64,000 bases of DNA, taken from Lama glama. Taxonomy: Eukaryota. The position numbers and the translations under genes are program-made. Below are positions 13,158-26,766 of this stretch, piece after piece. The stretch spans positions 94,614,001-94,678,000 of the forward strand of contig CM052816.1 of NCBI GenBank assembly GCA_028534125.1, written 5' to 3'. The notes beneath the pieces were generated by a model that was not told the origin of the DNA, ran no database searches, and saw only the letters and a program-made list of their open reading frames with translations. How positions within the stretch are numbered: the first letter of the stretch is position 1; each line of letters opens with the position of its first letter.

Positions 13158-13490
13158 CTACCGTAGACTGAATGTTTCTGTCCCCCCAGCGCCTCCACCC
13201 CAGGAAATTCATATGTTGAAAGCTATTCCCCAAGGTGATGGTATTTAGAAGTGAGGCCTTCGGGGACTAAAGGCCCCTTGAGGGTGAGGGTGGAGCCCTC
13301 ATGAATAGGATTAGTGCCCTTATGAAAGAGGCCCCAGAGAGACCCCTCTCCCTTCTCCTACATGGGGACACAGCAGAAAGGTGGCCATCTGCCAGGAAGC
13401 GGGCCCTTACCAGCCTCCAGCCATGCTGGCACCCTGATCTCAGACTTCTAGCCTCCAGAGCTATGAGAAAGAAGTTTCTGTTGTTAAAAA
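13158..13490 (+). mobile_element. MLT1A-like MaLR LTR, 3' end missing
   Basis: gactgaatgtttctgtcccc...aaattcatatgttgaa...gagggtggagccctcatgaataggattagtgcccttat...cagacttctagcctccagagctatgaga. Confidence 0.92.
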
Positions 13491-16400
13491 TGCCAGTGAC
13501 GAGACCCGTGAATCACCGTGAAGGAGTCAGCAGTTTCAACAAACAAAACGATGAGCAGTCCAGGAATCTGAGTGACTAGAGCAAGCCGAAAGAAACAATA
13601 AAATAAGAGACAATAAAATTTTTGAAAGGATCAAATTGAATTTCTAGAAATGAAGAAATATCGTCACTAAAATGGAAGCTTTGTGGAAACGTTTGACTGA
13701 CTCAGGTGCTGTCCGTGTGCCCCTTGGACGTTTCAGGACAGCAGGTCAACCTGACAGACAGCGTGGATCCTGTGTCTGGACAGTGATCTGCAATCTTGCT
13801 GTTCTTTTGATAGGTCATCTCTTCTGTGGTTTACACCATGGAACCATGGAAATGGCTTCATTCTCCCCCAGTTTTTAATCCTGAGTGAGTTAATTTTGAT
13901 TGAAACGTCCCTCATAATCCCCTTTTTAACACCAAGAGTGTCATCAGTGGATTTAATATTCATCTGAATGACTATCTATTTTATGACCCACAATGATGAA
14001 ATTACATTTTTCCTTTCGCCTTGACCTCCACTGGCCAGAAGACCTGGTTGATACTCAACAAACTCTGATTTCAGAGGATTAACTGCGTGTTGGGTTGCTC
14101 TGACTTCCTCCTCTGCAGGGGTGGGGGACCACCCTGACTGTAGGATGCCTGGCACCTGGGGGACACCAGAGCAGTGCAGTTTTCTCCTGTTGGGCGCTGA
14201 GCCTTGCGTTTCATTCTCCCTGTGTTGCCTTTGCCATTTCTTGGTGTAGATTAACAACTCCACCTTGGCGTTTTACACTGAGACATTTTCAACTCTAAAT
14301 TGGAATTAATAAAAGAATAAATTTACAAATACTTTAGTTAAAATAAGAAGAGGGGCATGGAATCACTAAGAGCTAACACGTACTTTTAATCCTGTTCTTT
14401 TTATGAATTAAATTTAAAGGCAGGAAGTTTTTCTTATTCGTCTTTATGCCCCATAAAAGCACCATGTATGTGTTAGATGCTTAAAGGTACTTATTAAAAG
14501 TTTTAAATGCTTCTGCATATCTGAAAAAAAATGGAATGTTGGTTGGACAAGACAACAAATTGGTCAGAATTCAGTGGAGCTAAATTCCCAAAAACTACGG
14601 CTTAAATACGTTTAACATCTCTGTAAGTAAAGATTCTCCCAGGAACCCAATCACGTTATTAAAAAAAATCTAGTAAAAACATACTTATTTGTTTATTCTA
14701 CTTACTCATTTCTGTACACACACACACAGAGAAAACAAGCCAAATACTATTGCAAAGGCCAGAACGTATTACAAGCCACGTACTGTCGGTAGTGTCAGAC
14801 ACTGGTCCAACTCTGTGAACAGGAGCTGAAACAACAGCCGTTTCCCCCAGAAACCCTCACACACGTCAGGACTGTCCTCAGCCCTGGGCGTGTCCTAAGA
14901 CTGGCCCCAGTGAGGCAGACAGAGAGAGAGGCTTCTCAAGGCTGGCCCGTCCCAAACAAAGCCAGGATAAGTAGAAGCCACGCAGGAAAAGGAAGGTGCA
15001 AGGTAAAGGAGGAGGCGATCGCATGATCTCAGTGACCTTCTGTCTGGAGTGGGAGCAGGTAAGCCTGGAGAGCCTCTCCTCACGCTTTGATGGAGTCCAT
15101 ACCCTTGCTGGATCCGCAGACACTTCCTGCGCATCGGGGCCATGGTTCGGACCTCCTACAGGCGATGGCGGAGCACCAGCCCTGTGGATTAGCTTATGCC
15201 CGCGCTCTTTGGATGGCTTCAGTCTGTGCCCTTGTGAGTAATACCATCGTTGAGTCTGGACAGCGGGGTCTTTTTGTCTGCTTTGTACTCTTGCTATATC
15301 CAGCCTTACTTCATGACCACACTCAGGATTCCTAGACCCCAGAAAGATTGTAGCACCGTTTTCTTTCATTGTTCACTCTATCTGTGCACCATTTCTGCTG
15401 CAGTGTGTGGAAACCTATCACATGGAATATAATTTCCTGGGGGAAAAAAAAAGAGGCTGTCACAAGAAATTGGTTGGTTGATGGGGGAAAGCAGGTGGAT
15501 GAGAAGGCATCGGTCACTGTCATACTGCTGGTCTCACAGAACCGCCACCAACAAGGGCCTTGGCAGTGTCATCTTGTCAGGAGCTTGGGAAGCTACGGGT
15601 AGGTATGCTCTTTAGCAAGTAATTGTTTAACCGTCGTTGTCAGAGGCATGATTTTTTAAAGTGCTTTCAAATTAGAATGAAAGACGGTAGCTGATAATTT
15701 TAACATTTTGGAAAAGGAAGAGAAAGGAGATGAAATTTTCTGATTGTTCTTAGTGATTTTTGCATTTGGGTCTGTAGACCTTCCTCTAAGTGTGTTGTGT
15801 CATAATCTGGTGATGATTGGATTGCAGATTTTGGAAGATATTAACTAGTCTGTCTGATTTGCCAAGTTTTCTTCAATTTATTTTTCAAAGACAGTGGACC
15901 TGAAGGAACTCCTGAGTGAACTGACGGCGAGCATCAGGATACAGGATCCTGATAAAAGGTCCGGAGCTCTGTGATAGTCTCTCTTCCAATGAGCTACCTT
16001 CCAGGTGAATGGCTGTAGGACAGGACAGTCTCTTTTTAAAAATTGTTTTATCTTTTGAAATTAGAGAATAGATGTTCCACAAGTTCATTTTTAGTGGTGC
16101 TCTTAAACTGTTTCCATAAAGTCTGCCATTAGGGAAAGTGTACTCAAACACGGCCATCTGCACTTGTGCATTGAAGTTGACTGCTATCTTCGACCACATT
16201 CTGTGAGGAAGCCACCATATGCCACCACAGCACCCACATTTTAATAATGAAATTCCAAGAAACATGAACAAATGCCAGATGGGTTTGGTCATCTTCTCTC
16301 CAATATTTTTGAAGAGGCTCAACTGGACCAGCCTGCTAAATTTTATTTAATCACTTTAATCGGTTTTAATATTTTCAGAGTCTGAATGATTCTGGAAGGA

Positions 16401-17249
16401 GAAACAGATGTTGTGTGATAGCTCTGAGTTTTTTGGGAGCCGCTACTGAAATAATTACAGATCAGGAACCACATAGTCAAAAGTGATCTTCGTTTGAGTC
16501 AGTTTGGCAAAAATAAAGGTGACAGGAAAGCTGTCTCATTTCTGTGTGCTTAATCCTTGCATTTGAAAATTGGGACACAGATCATGTGAGAATGTCCAGG
16601 TGCACAGTTGCTACATTATGTTTCAAATTTTTACCATTTGCTAAAATATGCATATCCATCCATACTAATTGAGAACAGCCCATTAACTGTATTTACTTTG
16701 TGAAAGTAACAACGCAGACGGGAAAAGAATGCAAAAAAAAGAACAATCTGGGATTTGGAGTATTTTCTACTATTTCAAGAAAAACTCTGAGTGAGCACAC
16801 ATAGTGAAAGAGTTTTTTTTTTAAGAATATTTTACAGCTTAACGGGAAGATTAAATTTAGTTCATAGAATAGGATTAAAAGTATGCATTATGCAGACTAA
16901 CAACATTGTTAACAGTAATTATGTGAAAATGTGAAATGTATTTAGTAATTTTTAACATAATTATTTAAGAAAAATATATCCTCTAAAAGACAAAAAAGAT
17001 CTGTTGAGATGATTATGAAGTCTAAGGGAAATATTTTGGGAGGAAAAAGAGAGAAATATCTTTTTAATGAGGGGAAGCAAAGCATACAAGGAGAAATCAT
17101 CTTGGGATCCCCACCTGTAGTCAAGGTAATTAAAGAAAGACTTCCTTCTTTCATGTTATTAGGAATTCATAGTAAATATAGTCACAATGAATGAACACCT
17201 ACATCAAACCCATGATTGAATATTCCTATAATTTTAGTTAATAAAGCAT

Positions 17250-17985
17250 ATGAGTCAATCTTGACTCTTTTTCTCTCTTAAACCTCATATTCTAGCCAAT
17301 TACCAATCCTGCCATCTTACTTACATAATCTAGCCGGGAATAGTCATCTCTCACCACCTCCTTACCTGCCTGGTCCATGACCCCATTGCACATAAATTGT
17401 TACCTTTGCCCCATTCCCAGCCTCCCAGCTTCAGTTCCCCAGCAGTCTCTTCTCAACGCCAAAGTCATCCTGATCCTTAAAAGCATAAGTTAGATCACTT
17501 CACTACCTAGTTTGAATACGGCTAATGCCCTTCAGGATACTCAGAGTAAACATCAAAGTTCCTGCAGTGATGGACCATGCTCCACCTGGCTGGAACACGG
17601 TTGCTCCACTGAGCTCAGCTTCTGATGCTCAGCCCCTCCCTGAGCTGTAGGCACACGGCCCTCAGGGTGCTCTCTACCCTCAGGGACACTAAAGATGCTC
17701 TTCTGTCTGCCTGGGGCTCTCCTCATGTCTCATCGCCTGCTCCCTCTCACCATGTGCTCAGTGAAGACCCAACAGTACTTTATTTAGAACTGGATCGATG
17801 CTACATCCTCCTGTTTCCTTGTCATCATCTTCTAGCACATTGTATATTTATTTACTTAGTTATTATCTTTTTCTCTCAACTACACATGAAGGAATTTCTG
17901 TCTGGTTCACTACTGAATTTCCCGATACCTTAAAAGAGGCCTGGGCACATTGTTGGGAATCAATAAATATCTGATGAATGAATGA
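17250..17985 (+). mobile_element. L2 (L2a-like) 3' region
   Basis: Pyrimidine-rich body, aagttagatcacttcact, and terminal cctgggcacattgttgggaatcaataaatatctgatgaatgaatgaa. Confidence 0.85.
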
Positions 17986-19952
17986 AAAATCCACCATATT
18001 TTACAGTTTAGTTTTTCAATCATTTACCGAGATATAGTCTCAGAAGTGAATTTTAGTTCTGAGTCACCTCTACTTAACAAAAATTGACTCAAAATAATTA
18101 ATTAAAATTGATTCTAATTAATTTTGGCCATCTCTGTAGAGCTTGCCTCACCCATCAATTTAGGATGGAAAAGAAAACCGGAAATCGGTCTGTCTCATTT
18201 ACAAATAAAATTATAACGGAACTTTTCTGGTTGCTGAAGCTTAGCTTGACTTGTAGTTCATAAACATCTACCTCCTTTGCTCAGTGCTTTCCAATTCGTT
18301 AAAAAAACAAAGAGAAAAGAAATTGAGTCAATGTTGGCTATTTGCATGACAAAGAAAAAAAAGTATCCTTAAAATTAATTTTTTTAATATTGTAAACACA
18401 TCTGTATATGCTTTCTTGAGTATGTAGTACAGCTATGCAAAGGGTTTGTATTCTGACTTAATGCTGGAAAAGGATACGTCAGAAAGTGGAAGATGAGAAC
18501 GATGCCAAGAATTGCTTCTCTCTCTAACTTGCTAGGATTGAGTGAGCACCAGTGATTTCTCGAAACACATAACTGGGAACTTGTTTATAAGCCTGAGCAA
18601 ACAAATGAGATTTTTGGTGTAAATTTCTTATAAAAATACAGGTGAAAGATACAAAAAGTGGTTGTACCAAAAGCCAAAACACCTAAAAAGTAAATAATAA
18701 GCCTTTCTTCTTTCTTAATAGATTTAAGGATATTTACATAACCACACGGTTTAAGGGATGGATGGATGGATAGTCTCTTACTTCTTCAGACACTTATAAG
18801 TACATTTTCAAGTTTTGTGCATAATTAACATGAGAAATCACCCTAGGAGTGTACCATCGACCAAAAATAGGGTTATTATTTGAATAAATTTTCTAACTTG
18901 GCCAGAAGCAATATAACATAATTACAGTACACTTGAAATGAAACGGCGAAGTGGGAGCATTTAAATTGGCAAAGCTATTATGTTGGACTTGTACGATTAA
19001 TCTTTGTGAGGAATGGCAAACAGATTTTTAATGAGATTTAAATGTAGGACTAAGATTGATGGATAGTCCACACTTGGTATCAAGACTGAAGAGCAGGCAA
19101 ACACCGAGAGGGGGAGATCCATGCAGAGTCCACATGGAACCCGGGCAGTTTCTAGGTAGTTAATTTTGTTGTCCTTTGGCTTGTTTCCTTACACTGTGGT
19201 CGTTTATTTGCTGTAGACCAAAGTTAAGAAACACATAGATTGGAATTGTAGCAGCTCATTTCTTTGATGACATCTGTAATTATTTAAACAAAATGCTTCA
19301 TGATATAAAAGTCAGTTACGTTTCCAAGACCCAGTAATGGAATCTGTTTCCCATTTCTATTTCTAACTTCATTTTTTTTTTGTTTGATTTTTTTTTTGCT
19401 TCAGTTTTCACGTTGACATGTCTTTCCCTCATTGTAGCCTATTTCAATATCCAGCTTATTATTCTGAAGGAAAAGAATTAAATAGTATGTTTCTTCCATA
19501 AATACATCTCTGCTATCCTAAGACCGCAGATGGTGAAGATTGCCCACTGCCATGCCAGAAAGTGGGCAGTGAGGGACAGGGAAGCCAGGCGAGCCGAGGC
19601 CAAGGATCATGCTGAGAGAAGTTTGGCAGATATCAGTGCTTTGTAATAGATCAAATCCAGACTGAGCGCCAGGAAGCCACGCCTGCCTGGAGGAGGGAAG
19701 GCAGAGCACCGTCGCCCTCTGCCCAAGACGTCTTTGAAAGTGAGGTTTGAGTAGCCTGGACTTTACAGTGAGGACTGTGCTCTCTCTAGCCCTCACGTCT
19801 CTGCTCTTGGCCTAGAATCATGCTTTCTGTTTTGTGTGAGTGGGCACAACTTGCAGAAGTGGGTTTAGACGTCCCTGGGTTACAGTGAGGAGCAGGGTGT
19901 TTGTCAGCAAGGCCAAATTTCAGTGACCCGCTGTGGAGGTCTTGAAACCACT

Positions 19953-20289
19953 TGCTATGGTCTGAATGTTGGTGTCTCCCCCCAAATTCATAAGTTGAAA
20001 TTGAAACCCCCAATATGATAGTATGAGGAGATTTGGAGGTGGGGCCTTTGGGATCCACTGAGGTCATGCGGATGGAGCCCACAGGAGTGGGATTAGTGCC
20101 CTCATAAAGAGACCGCAGGGAGCTCCCGCATCCCTTCTGCTTTATGACACATGAGAAGTCCGACCCGACCACGCTGGCAGCCTGACCTCAGACTTCTACC
20201 CTCCAGCACTGTGGGAAATAGATCTCTGTTGTTTATAAGCCACACTGTCTGTGGTATGTTTGTTCCAGCAGCCCCAATGGACTAAGACA
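19953..20289 (+). mobile_element. Complete MLT1A-like solo LTR
   Basis: Starts tgctatggtctgaatg and ends ggactaagaca (TG...CA). Flanks ccact/ccacc give a 4/5 TSD. Confidence 0.95.
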
Positions 20290-21069
20290 CCACCATGATC
20301 TAGTTACCCTCCTGGGATGTCAGTTACCTCCTGCCCTTGTCTTCCTCTGTTACCACTTGTTAGTTCGGCCCAGACCTCAGGACTCAGTGTAACCAGAGTA
20401 GCAAATAACAATGAAACACTGATACTGATATCCTTTTATTCTTCTGCAAATTTTAAAGCTTTTCCATGAATTTGTGTAGATGCTACACAGCATCTCTCAG
20501 AAGCAACGACACAGTCCTTCTTTCTTTCTCATCTAAAATTATTTCTTGGAGAATAATTCTTGAGTGCAAGTATTTGAATGCTTTAGAGCATCACTCTCTT
20601 GTTTCCTTACTAGCTGTTGGCTCAATGGGCAAAAGTCCATTCCAGTTTTGAAATTCAGTGATTTTATTATACAGGTTCATGGGGGCTAGAGCATGCTCGA
20701 GGTGAGTTAGGTCAGCCACATTGAAAGGGCAGGGGAACAGACTCCACGGCGACCTTGACCCCTTGTCTCCATGCTTAGTCCACCCCTGGGAAAAGTCAAT
20801 CCCAGAATTCCTGAAGCCAGACTAGCAGAGACACTCCTAGATCTAGTAGCTGAGAGGTTGACGAATCGCCTCTGACTCTTAAGTCCTGGTGGATGTCCTC
20901 CTGCCGGTCCTGTTTCCCACTCTTTGGATTTATTTTTACATTTAGTCTCAAGTTCTTGTGAAAGGACTGGGTTTGGCCTGAGATTGGGACTCTTGTGCCT
21001 TATGCACAACATGCACTTTGCATGCATATTCGACCTCACGCAGATGAGATTTGAAAATCCTTCACTTTA

Positions 21070-21430
21070 TTGATTCATGCATGTCGATCCAACACATATT
21101 TGTTTAGTGGCACTTTTGTGCCATAAACTTCTAGGGTCTGAGATTCAGCAGTAAACAAAACAAGCAAAGTTCCTGACTTCATGAAGTTCACACCTAGCCA
21201 GGGGAGAAAGAAAATTGAAGAGCCGGTAAAGAACAATGAAGCAGAACCAGGGGGAAAGAGTGAAGGGAGGGGTGCTATTTTATATAGAAGAGTCAACTAA
21301 GGTGAAATGATATTTGATCAGAGCCCTACAGGGCGAAGAGAGCGAGTGAGCTGTGTCTGAGGGAAAAGTTCTAGCAAGTGCAAAGGCCCTGAGGCACTTA
21401 CTGGAGACCAGCTTGGCTGGAGTGAGGGCC
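21070..21430 (-). mobile_element. L2 3' region
   Basis: ccaacacatatttgtttagtggcac...gattcagcagtaaacaaaacaagcaaagttcctgacttcatgaagttcaca...agcaagtgcaaaggccctgaggc. Confidence 0.85.
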
Positions 21431-22829
21431 AGATTTAGGAACAGCTAGAGAAACGCATCAAGGCACTTCTGGGGGTAGAACATTAGTCAATTAATGGGGG
21501 CAGCATAGTAGAAAACAGTAGAAAATGTGTATTTTGGGTTCTCATACATGCATTTCTCAGCATTAAAATATGAATAAAATCCATGTCTCAACATTTAGGT
21601 TATTCTGATGTAAATCAAGCTCAGACTTTGGCTGGGCAATTAAGAAAACACGTGGCAAATATTAGCCATAAATTCCAAGCTTTCTTCTTTGCTTTCTTCC
21701 ACTGACTTCCTTCCCCAGGTCATCTGTTTTCTGCTCCTTCTTAGAGTATTGTTTCCTGAGACAGCGCTATGCTCTGAGTGAGATGAAGAGCTTTTATCAG
21801 GCTGTGAGTGAGGAATGCGTCTCACCCACGTTGGAGGCACCCTCCGACCGTATTTGTAGAGTGGACTTTTGGGGGCAGGAGGTACTGGAAGCAAGACCGT
21901 TAAATCTGTCGTCAGAGGGGCCTAAGAGCCTTGTCCATTCCAGTTGGGTGATCTTGTCAAAATGATGGGTGATTCTTGTCGAAATGATGGGTAAATATTA
22001 TTGTTTGAGAAAGCTTCAGCTGCATCAAAATTCAGAGCATAAACTTTGCAATATTGCAATATCATCTTCTGAGATTGCTTGAGGTATTAACCATCAGACC
22101 CTTTGTACGCAGGCCACAAGGTTTGTGCAAGGTGAGGAATAGAATGCAGAATCTGAATTCATTTGAGGGGATTTGCAACATGATATTCACCTAAATGTAT
22201 ATGTGAAGCCATAAAATATTAAACAGAAACACAATGTTGACCACCTACACTCTGGCAAGTGTGCACACAACTCCTGTGTGGCTTAGAAATTATATTAGAA
22301 TGATTTTACTGTCATTGTCATTTGTTTTGAAGTTTTAAATGAAATCTCTTCTAATGTCTGTCTGCAAGTATGGGGACTTATGGTATGTGCAGAAGAGGTG
22401 CTTTCCTTGCCTGGTGGAGGAAGAAAAGAACTGTCTGGAAACATGTTCCATTCTGAGAGCAGAGGTATCTCACAGTATATGCCCACGAAGGACAGGAAGG
22501 TCAGGCAGTTTTGAGTCTATCAGCTTATCTGTTGTTTTTCTTCTTGGCTTTGAAAAAGTGCAAAAAAGATGAATATCATTATTTTGCAATATATTGTAGT
22601 TAATTAGACAAAGTGATAACTTTCCATTGACTGCTGCCAAGTAGAACTTAAGACATTGCTTATTTTTTCTAAAGTGGCAAATTTATGACTGTTTCCAGAG
22701 ATAAGATTTAAATGAACATCTTAGGACTCTGGTCGTCATGTTTGGAAGACAAAGTTTTTTTCTCACTGGCAGCATTTCTGTTCTCTAAATAGTTGACACT
22801 TTTTAACTCTGTAAACCAAGTAGGAAGGT

Positions 22830-22920
22830 AACAATAATAAAAACAAACCTTGTAAGATCTACTTCATCCGTGTCAAGCCCTCTGCTAAGCACTTCCCATG
22901 TATTGTCTCATTTAACTTTT
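22830..22920 (-). mobile_element. MIR fragment
   Basis: gtgtcaagccctctgctaagcacttcccatgtattgtctcatttaact. Confidence 0.6.
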
Positions 22921-23879
22921 ACCTTCTTTCTTTTTTATAACAAATGTTTGAGTCAGACCAGTAATCTCTACCACATAAATGAACAAAGTTGAACAAAGCG
23001 ACATGGCTCAGTTAAGGACACAGTGTTTGCCTGAAGAGCTAGTTTTTGGAATCAAGAAACCCAATGCTTTGCTGTTATGCATATGAATCACTAAATTCAA
23101 ATGATCTCTGTGAAACTGAAGTTTCTAGAATTGTGCACTATGGTAGTTTTTTTTTTTTTTAAACATGGTCTTTTATCACATCCTTTATTCTTTCCACAGT
23201 GAAGATCCACATCTGATCTCCTGGACTGGGGTGGAGATGAAAATAAGATAAAAGTTAGGAGCAGAACTGGTCTGCAACTCAGTTAAGCCCACTGGTTTGC
23301 AGCAGGAATGCTAAGCGTGCCTTCTGAGTCCCCAAGACCCATGGCCATGTTACAGAGCAGCTATTCATGTCTTGCAGAACACTGGTCACAGTCAGGGAAA
23401 TGATGAACTAAGACGTAGGATTCGCTGGCTCTCTGATTCACTTCCCCGTCTTTTCACCCGTGTCTGCTCAGATGCTGAAGTTTGCATTAAGGGAGTTTCA
23501 CATTCACACATGCACCTGGAAGCCCCCCAGCCATCAGGGCCACGTGGAAATGCACTTTAGACAACTCATCCCTGCTCATACTTTCTGGGGTCACAGTGTT
23601 CCCATTTTTCTCCTGTTACTCAGAATCCCCCAGCTAGTTTGGACTTCTCTGCCGTCCCTGTGTCTGTAAACTCGACCGTCCATGCTTCCTTCCATGCGTC
23701 TGTGTTGGGCTAGGAACCACTCTCTCATGGAACTTAGCTGATAGGTTTCCATTCCTTTGCAGATCCACTGTCATATTTTTGAACTTTGAAGTAAGAAAAT
23801 TCTCAGGGATTTCCCCAAGTGTACACATTGGTGCAGATGGGAGAAAACTATGGGGTCAAAGGTTGAAGGGCATAACAAG

Positions 23880-24065
23880 ATGCTGTTTATTCAGCACCAA
23901 CTAAATACCAGATTGTTTGCCTCTTTATGTGTGTTATTAGCTTGTTTAATTTTACCAGCTCTTTGAGGACTATGACATTAAAACTTGCCCAGCTAGTAAA
24001 CTACAGAATTCGAACAGGGTTGCAGCCTGGGGGTCGGATTCCAGAGCAAGTAACACGGTGCTGTT
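23880..24065 (-). mobile_element. MIR relic
   Basis: tttattcagcaccaactaaataccag ... aacttgcccagctagtaaactacagaattcgaac ... ggattccagagc. Confidence 0.6.
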
Positions 24066-24439
24066 TTGCCTCTTCTCAGCTACCGTGATTACATTTCTAA
24101 GGGGCTCCAGTCAGAGAGATGACCGCAGACTCCAGGGGGCAGATGAAATGGGTTGGAAGCAGATGTCTTAGCAGTGGAGACAAATAAGGAGATGAAGAGT
24201 CATGTTTTTGGATCTTGGAGTCACCAAAAATGTTGGCAAGGGTCTTTTCTAAGGGAGGCTGTGAATGTGCCTGAATTCCTGTGACGGAATTGCAAGGTGG
24301 CCAAAAGAGCCTGCATTTGGAGAATAACCAGTTATGACCCTTAGGAGCTAAATCGTCTCTTAAGGGTAAATCATCTCTTCTTTATCAACGAAGAATCATG
24401 AGTATTCTAATTTCTTAAGAAGAGAATGTGGAAAGAGTG

Positions 24440-24570
24440 CCAACTGTGGAGTCAAGAGCCCTGGTACCACCACTGACCAGCTCTGTGACCTTGAACAAAT
24501 GATATCATTTCTTTTGATCTTAGAAATGTGCATAATACTATGAAGGATGTCCTATGAATTAATGGCATGC
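24440..24570 (+). mobile_element. MIR relic
   Basis: tggagtcaagagccctgg...ccagctctgtgaccttgaacaaatga. Confidence 0.65.
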
Positions 24571-26274
24571 CCACTGTCATGCAAATATAATGTGAGTTAA
24601 TCTTGCTTCTCCATCGGGGAGCTGATATATACATAGCAATGCCACTTCTGGAAAATTTTAAGTTTTGGCATTATCTGTACTAAAGTTCTCCTAGACCTTT
24701 ATTCTGGGTAATACTCTTGGGGAAAAGTAGCCTGTGATAAAATTTTTAAATAACAGAGACTAATGAAGGCTGCTTTCCCTTCCCAGGTATTAGGGTTCAA
24801 ATGTAGAAATGTGCAACTAAGTGCTCGGGAAGAATTTTCTCTACTCACGTGTGACTCGGCTCTCTGCTGGCTCACGGCACCTGTGTCTAGTAACCCCAGA
24901 TGTGAAACCATAAATCTGAGCATCACTTCCTGTTGCTATAAAGAGAATATTGGGAAAAACTGGAGGGTTTCCCTAAAACGGGTCTCTGTTACACGCCTGC
25001 CACGCCCTAGTTTGTGCAGCAAACGTGCAGAGCGAGCCTATTCTTACACGTGGGTCAAACCAACAACGCCGTCTCCTTGATGCACGGAAGAACACCAAAC
25101 ACAATCCTTCTTCCCGTGGGGCATATCAAGCAGAACAGAACCCATTAAAATCTATTGCCCGGATGATTGAATTAGATTCCAAATGAGTGATGGTAGTAAG
25201 TGCGCATTTGGCCAAGTGGTTAAAGACAGAAATAGAATTTGCAGTCTTGTGGATGCTGTACTGTGCAAAGACCAGTTCATAACAGTGGGTAAAAGTTCCA
25301 TTGCCTTTCACTGTATTAATTTAGTGGCATTCATTTTCCTGGCCTACAAAGAGTTTCATTTTTTCCCCTAGATAAATAAAGTCCCATTGCCAATGGGGAA
25401 GGTTTATGCTGACAGAATCTGGTAGCATTTAAGTAATCTTGTGTTGTTTCGCAAAGGCGCTTGAGCAAGCAGTCTTGGTTTGGATGGAAAGCAAAATGCT
25501 AAACTCCTATTATATGTGATCACTTTAATTCTGAGCGGAACAAACCTTCCTTGATAAGCATTAGTTACCATTATTTAAAGTGGAAAGTCGTTTTTTTCTC
25601 ACGCCCTTATTTTTCTCTCCTGTTCGAAATGGAGGATCACTTCTTGAATGACAAGATGATTGATTCTTAAACTAACGCATCAAAAACTGAAAGGCACAAA
25701 GGAGGAAGGAAGGAGGAGGGAAGGATTCCCACAGAACTCTCTAAGCTGTCTCTGAAAGAGACTCTAAAGGTCACCTCTTGCCATTTAATTTGAAATTTTT
25801 GGTGGATACTTAGAGATCTAAACCCAGACCAGTCTCATCATAAGACAGTAGGGGTGTGCCATCTCTGTGTCAGACAGTTTGCGTCACACAAACATACGTG
25901 TTTGGACACATTATTTGCACCAACAGTGGGAGGTTCACGGTCATAACTTGTGATAAAGTGACCTGGAAAAAAATTAGAAGGCGGTCCAGCAAACAGTGTT
26001 ATTATTACTCTTATCTGGCGAAACAGAGTTCTTTGTACCATGCTTCACCTTGGAAGCAAACAGGGAGAATAATACTGATTTTCTTTTCCTTCTCTTCTGC
26101 ATCTCAGTAAAGCAGCTTTTAAAGTCTATGTCAGCTCCACATTTCAGTCCTACTCTTGGCCTTTTTTTGTAATTCTTATTATTTATTGAAGTGTAGTCAA
26201 TTTACAATGTTGGTTTCTTGTGTATAGCAAAGTGATTCAGTTATGCATTTACATACATGTATATATATATATAT

Positions 26275-26293
26275 ATATACATATATATATGTA

Positions 26294-26332
<39 letters not shown>
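26275..26332. repeat. (TA)n/(TG)n compound microsatellite in L1 tail
   Basis: Directly visible. Confidence 0.95.
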
Positions 26333-26336
<4 letters not shown>

Positions 26337-26677
26337 TTCTTTTCCTTTACAGCTCATTACAAGAAGTTGAATATAGTTCCCTGTGCTATACAGTAGGTCC
26401 TTGTTGTTTATCTATTTTATGTATAGTAATATGTGTCTGTTAATCCCAAATCCTAATCTATCCCTCCCCATCCCTTCCCACCTGGTAACCAGTTTATTTT
26501 CTATGTCCATAAGTCTATTTCTGGTTTGTAAATAAAATATGTATTTTTTTTTAGCTTCCACATATAAACGGCATCATATGGTATTTGTCTTTGACTTACT
26601 TCACTTAGTCTCTAGGTCCATCCATGTTACTGAAAATGGCATTATTTCATTCTTTTCTATGGCTGAGTAATATTCCA

Positions 26678-26678
<1 letters not shown>

Positions 26679-26720
<42 letters not shown>

Positions 26721-26735
26721 CACACACACACACAC
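26679..26735. repeat. (CA)n microsatellite inside L1
   Basis: Directly visible, with two CT interruptions. Confidence 0.97.
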
Positions 26736-26766
26736 CTTCTTTATCTAGTCATCTGTGGATGGACAT

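Noticed and set aside
14878..15369. 163-aa ORF and overlapping ORFs in a GC/CpG-richer patch
   Set aside because: Several frames on both strands are open, which GC content explains; no recognisable domain or convincing splice structure.
22046..22059. Perfect 14-bp palindrome ttgcaatattgcaa
   Set aside because: It is short and AT-rich, expected by chance in 64 kb, and part of a small gcaatatt repeat.
25203..25280. tRNA-like A-box tggccaagtggttaaag
   Set aside because: No downstream B-box (GTTCRA) or cloverleaf pairing is visible.
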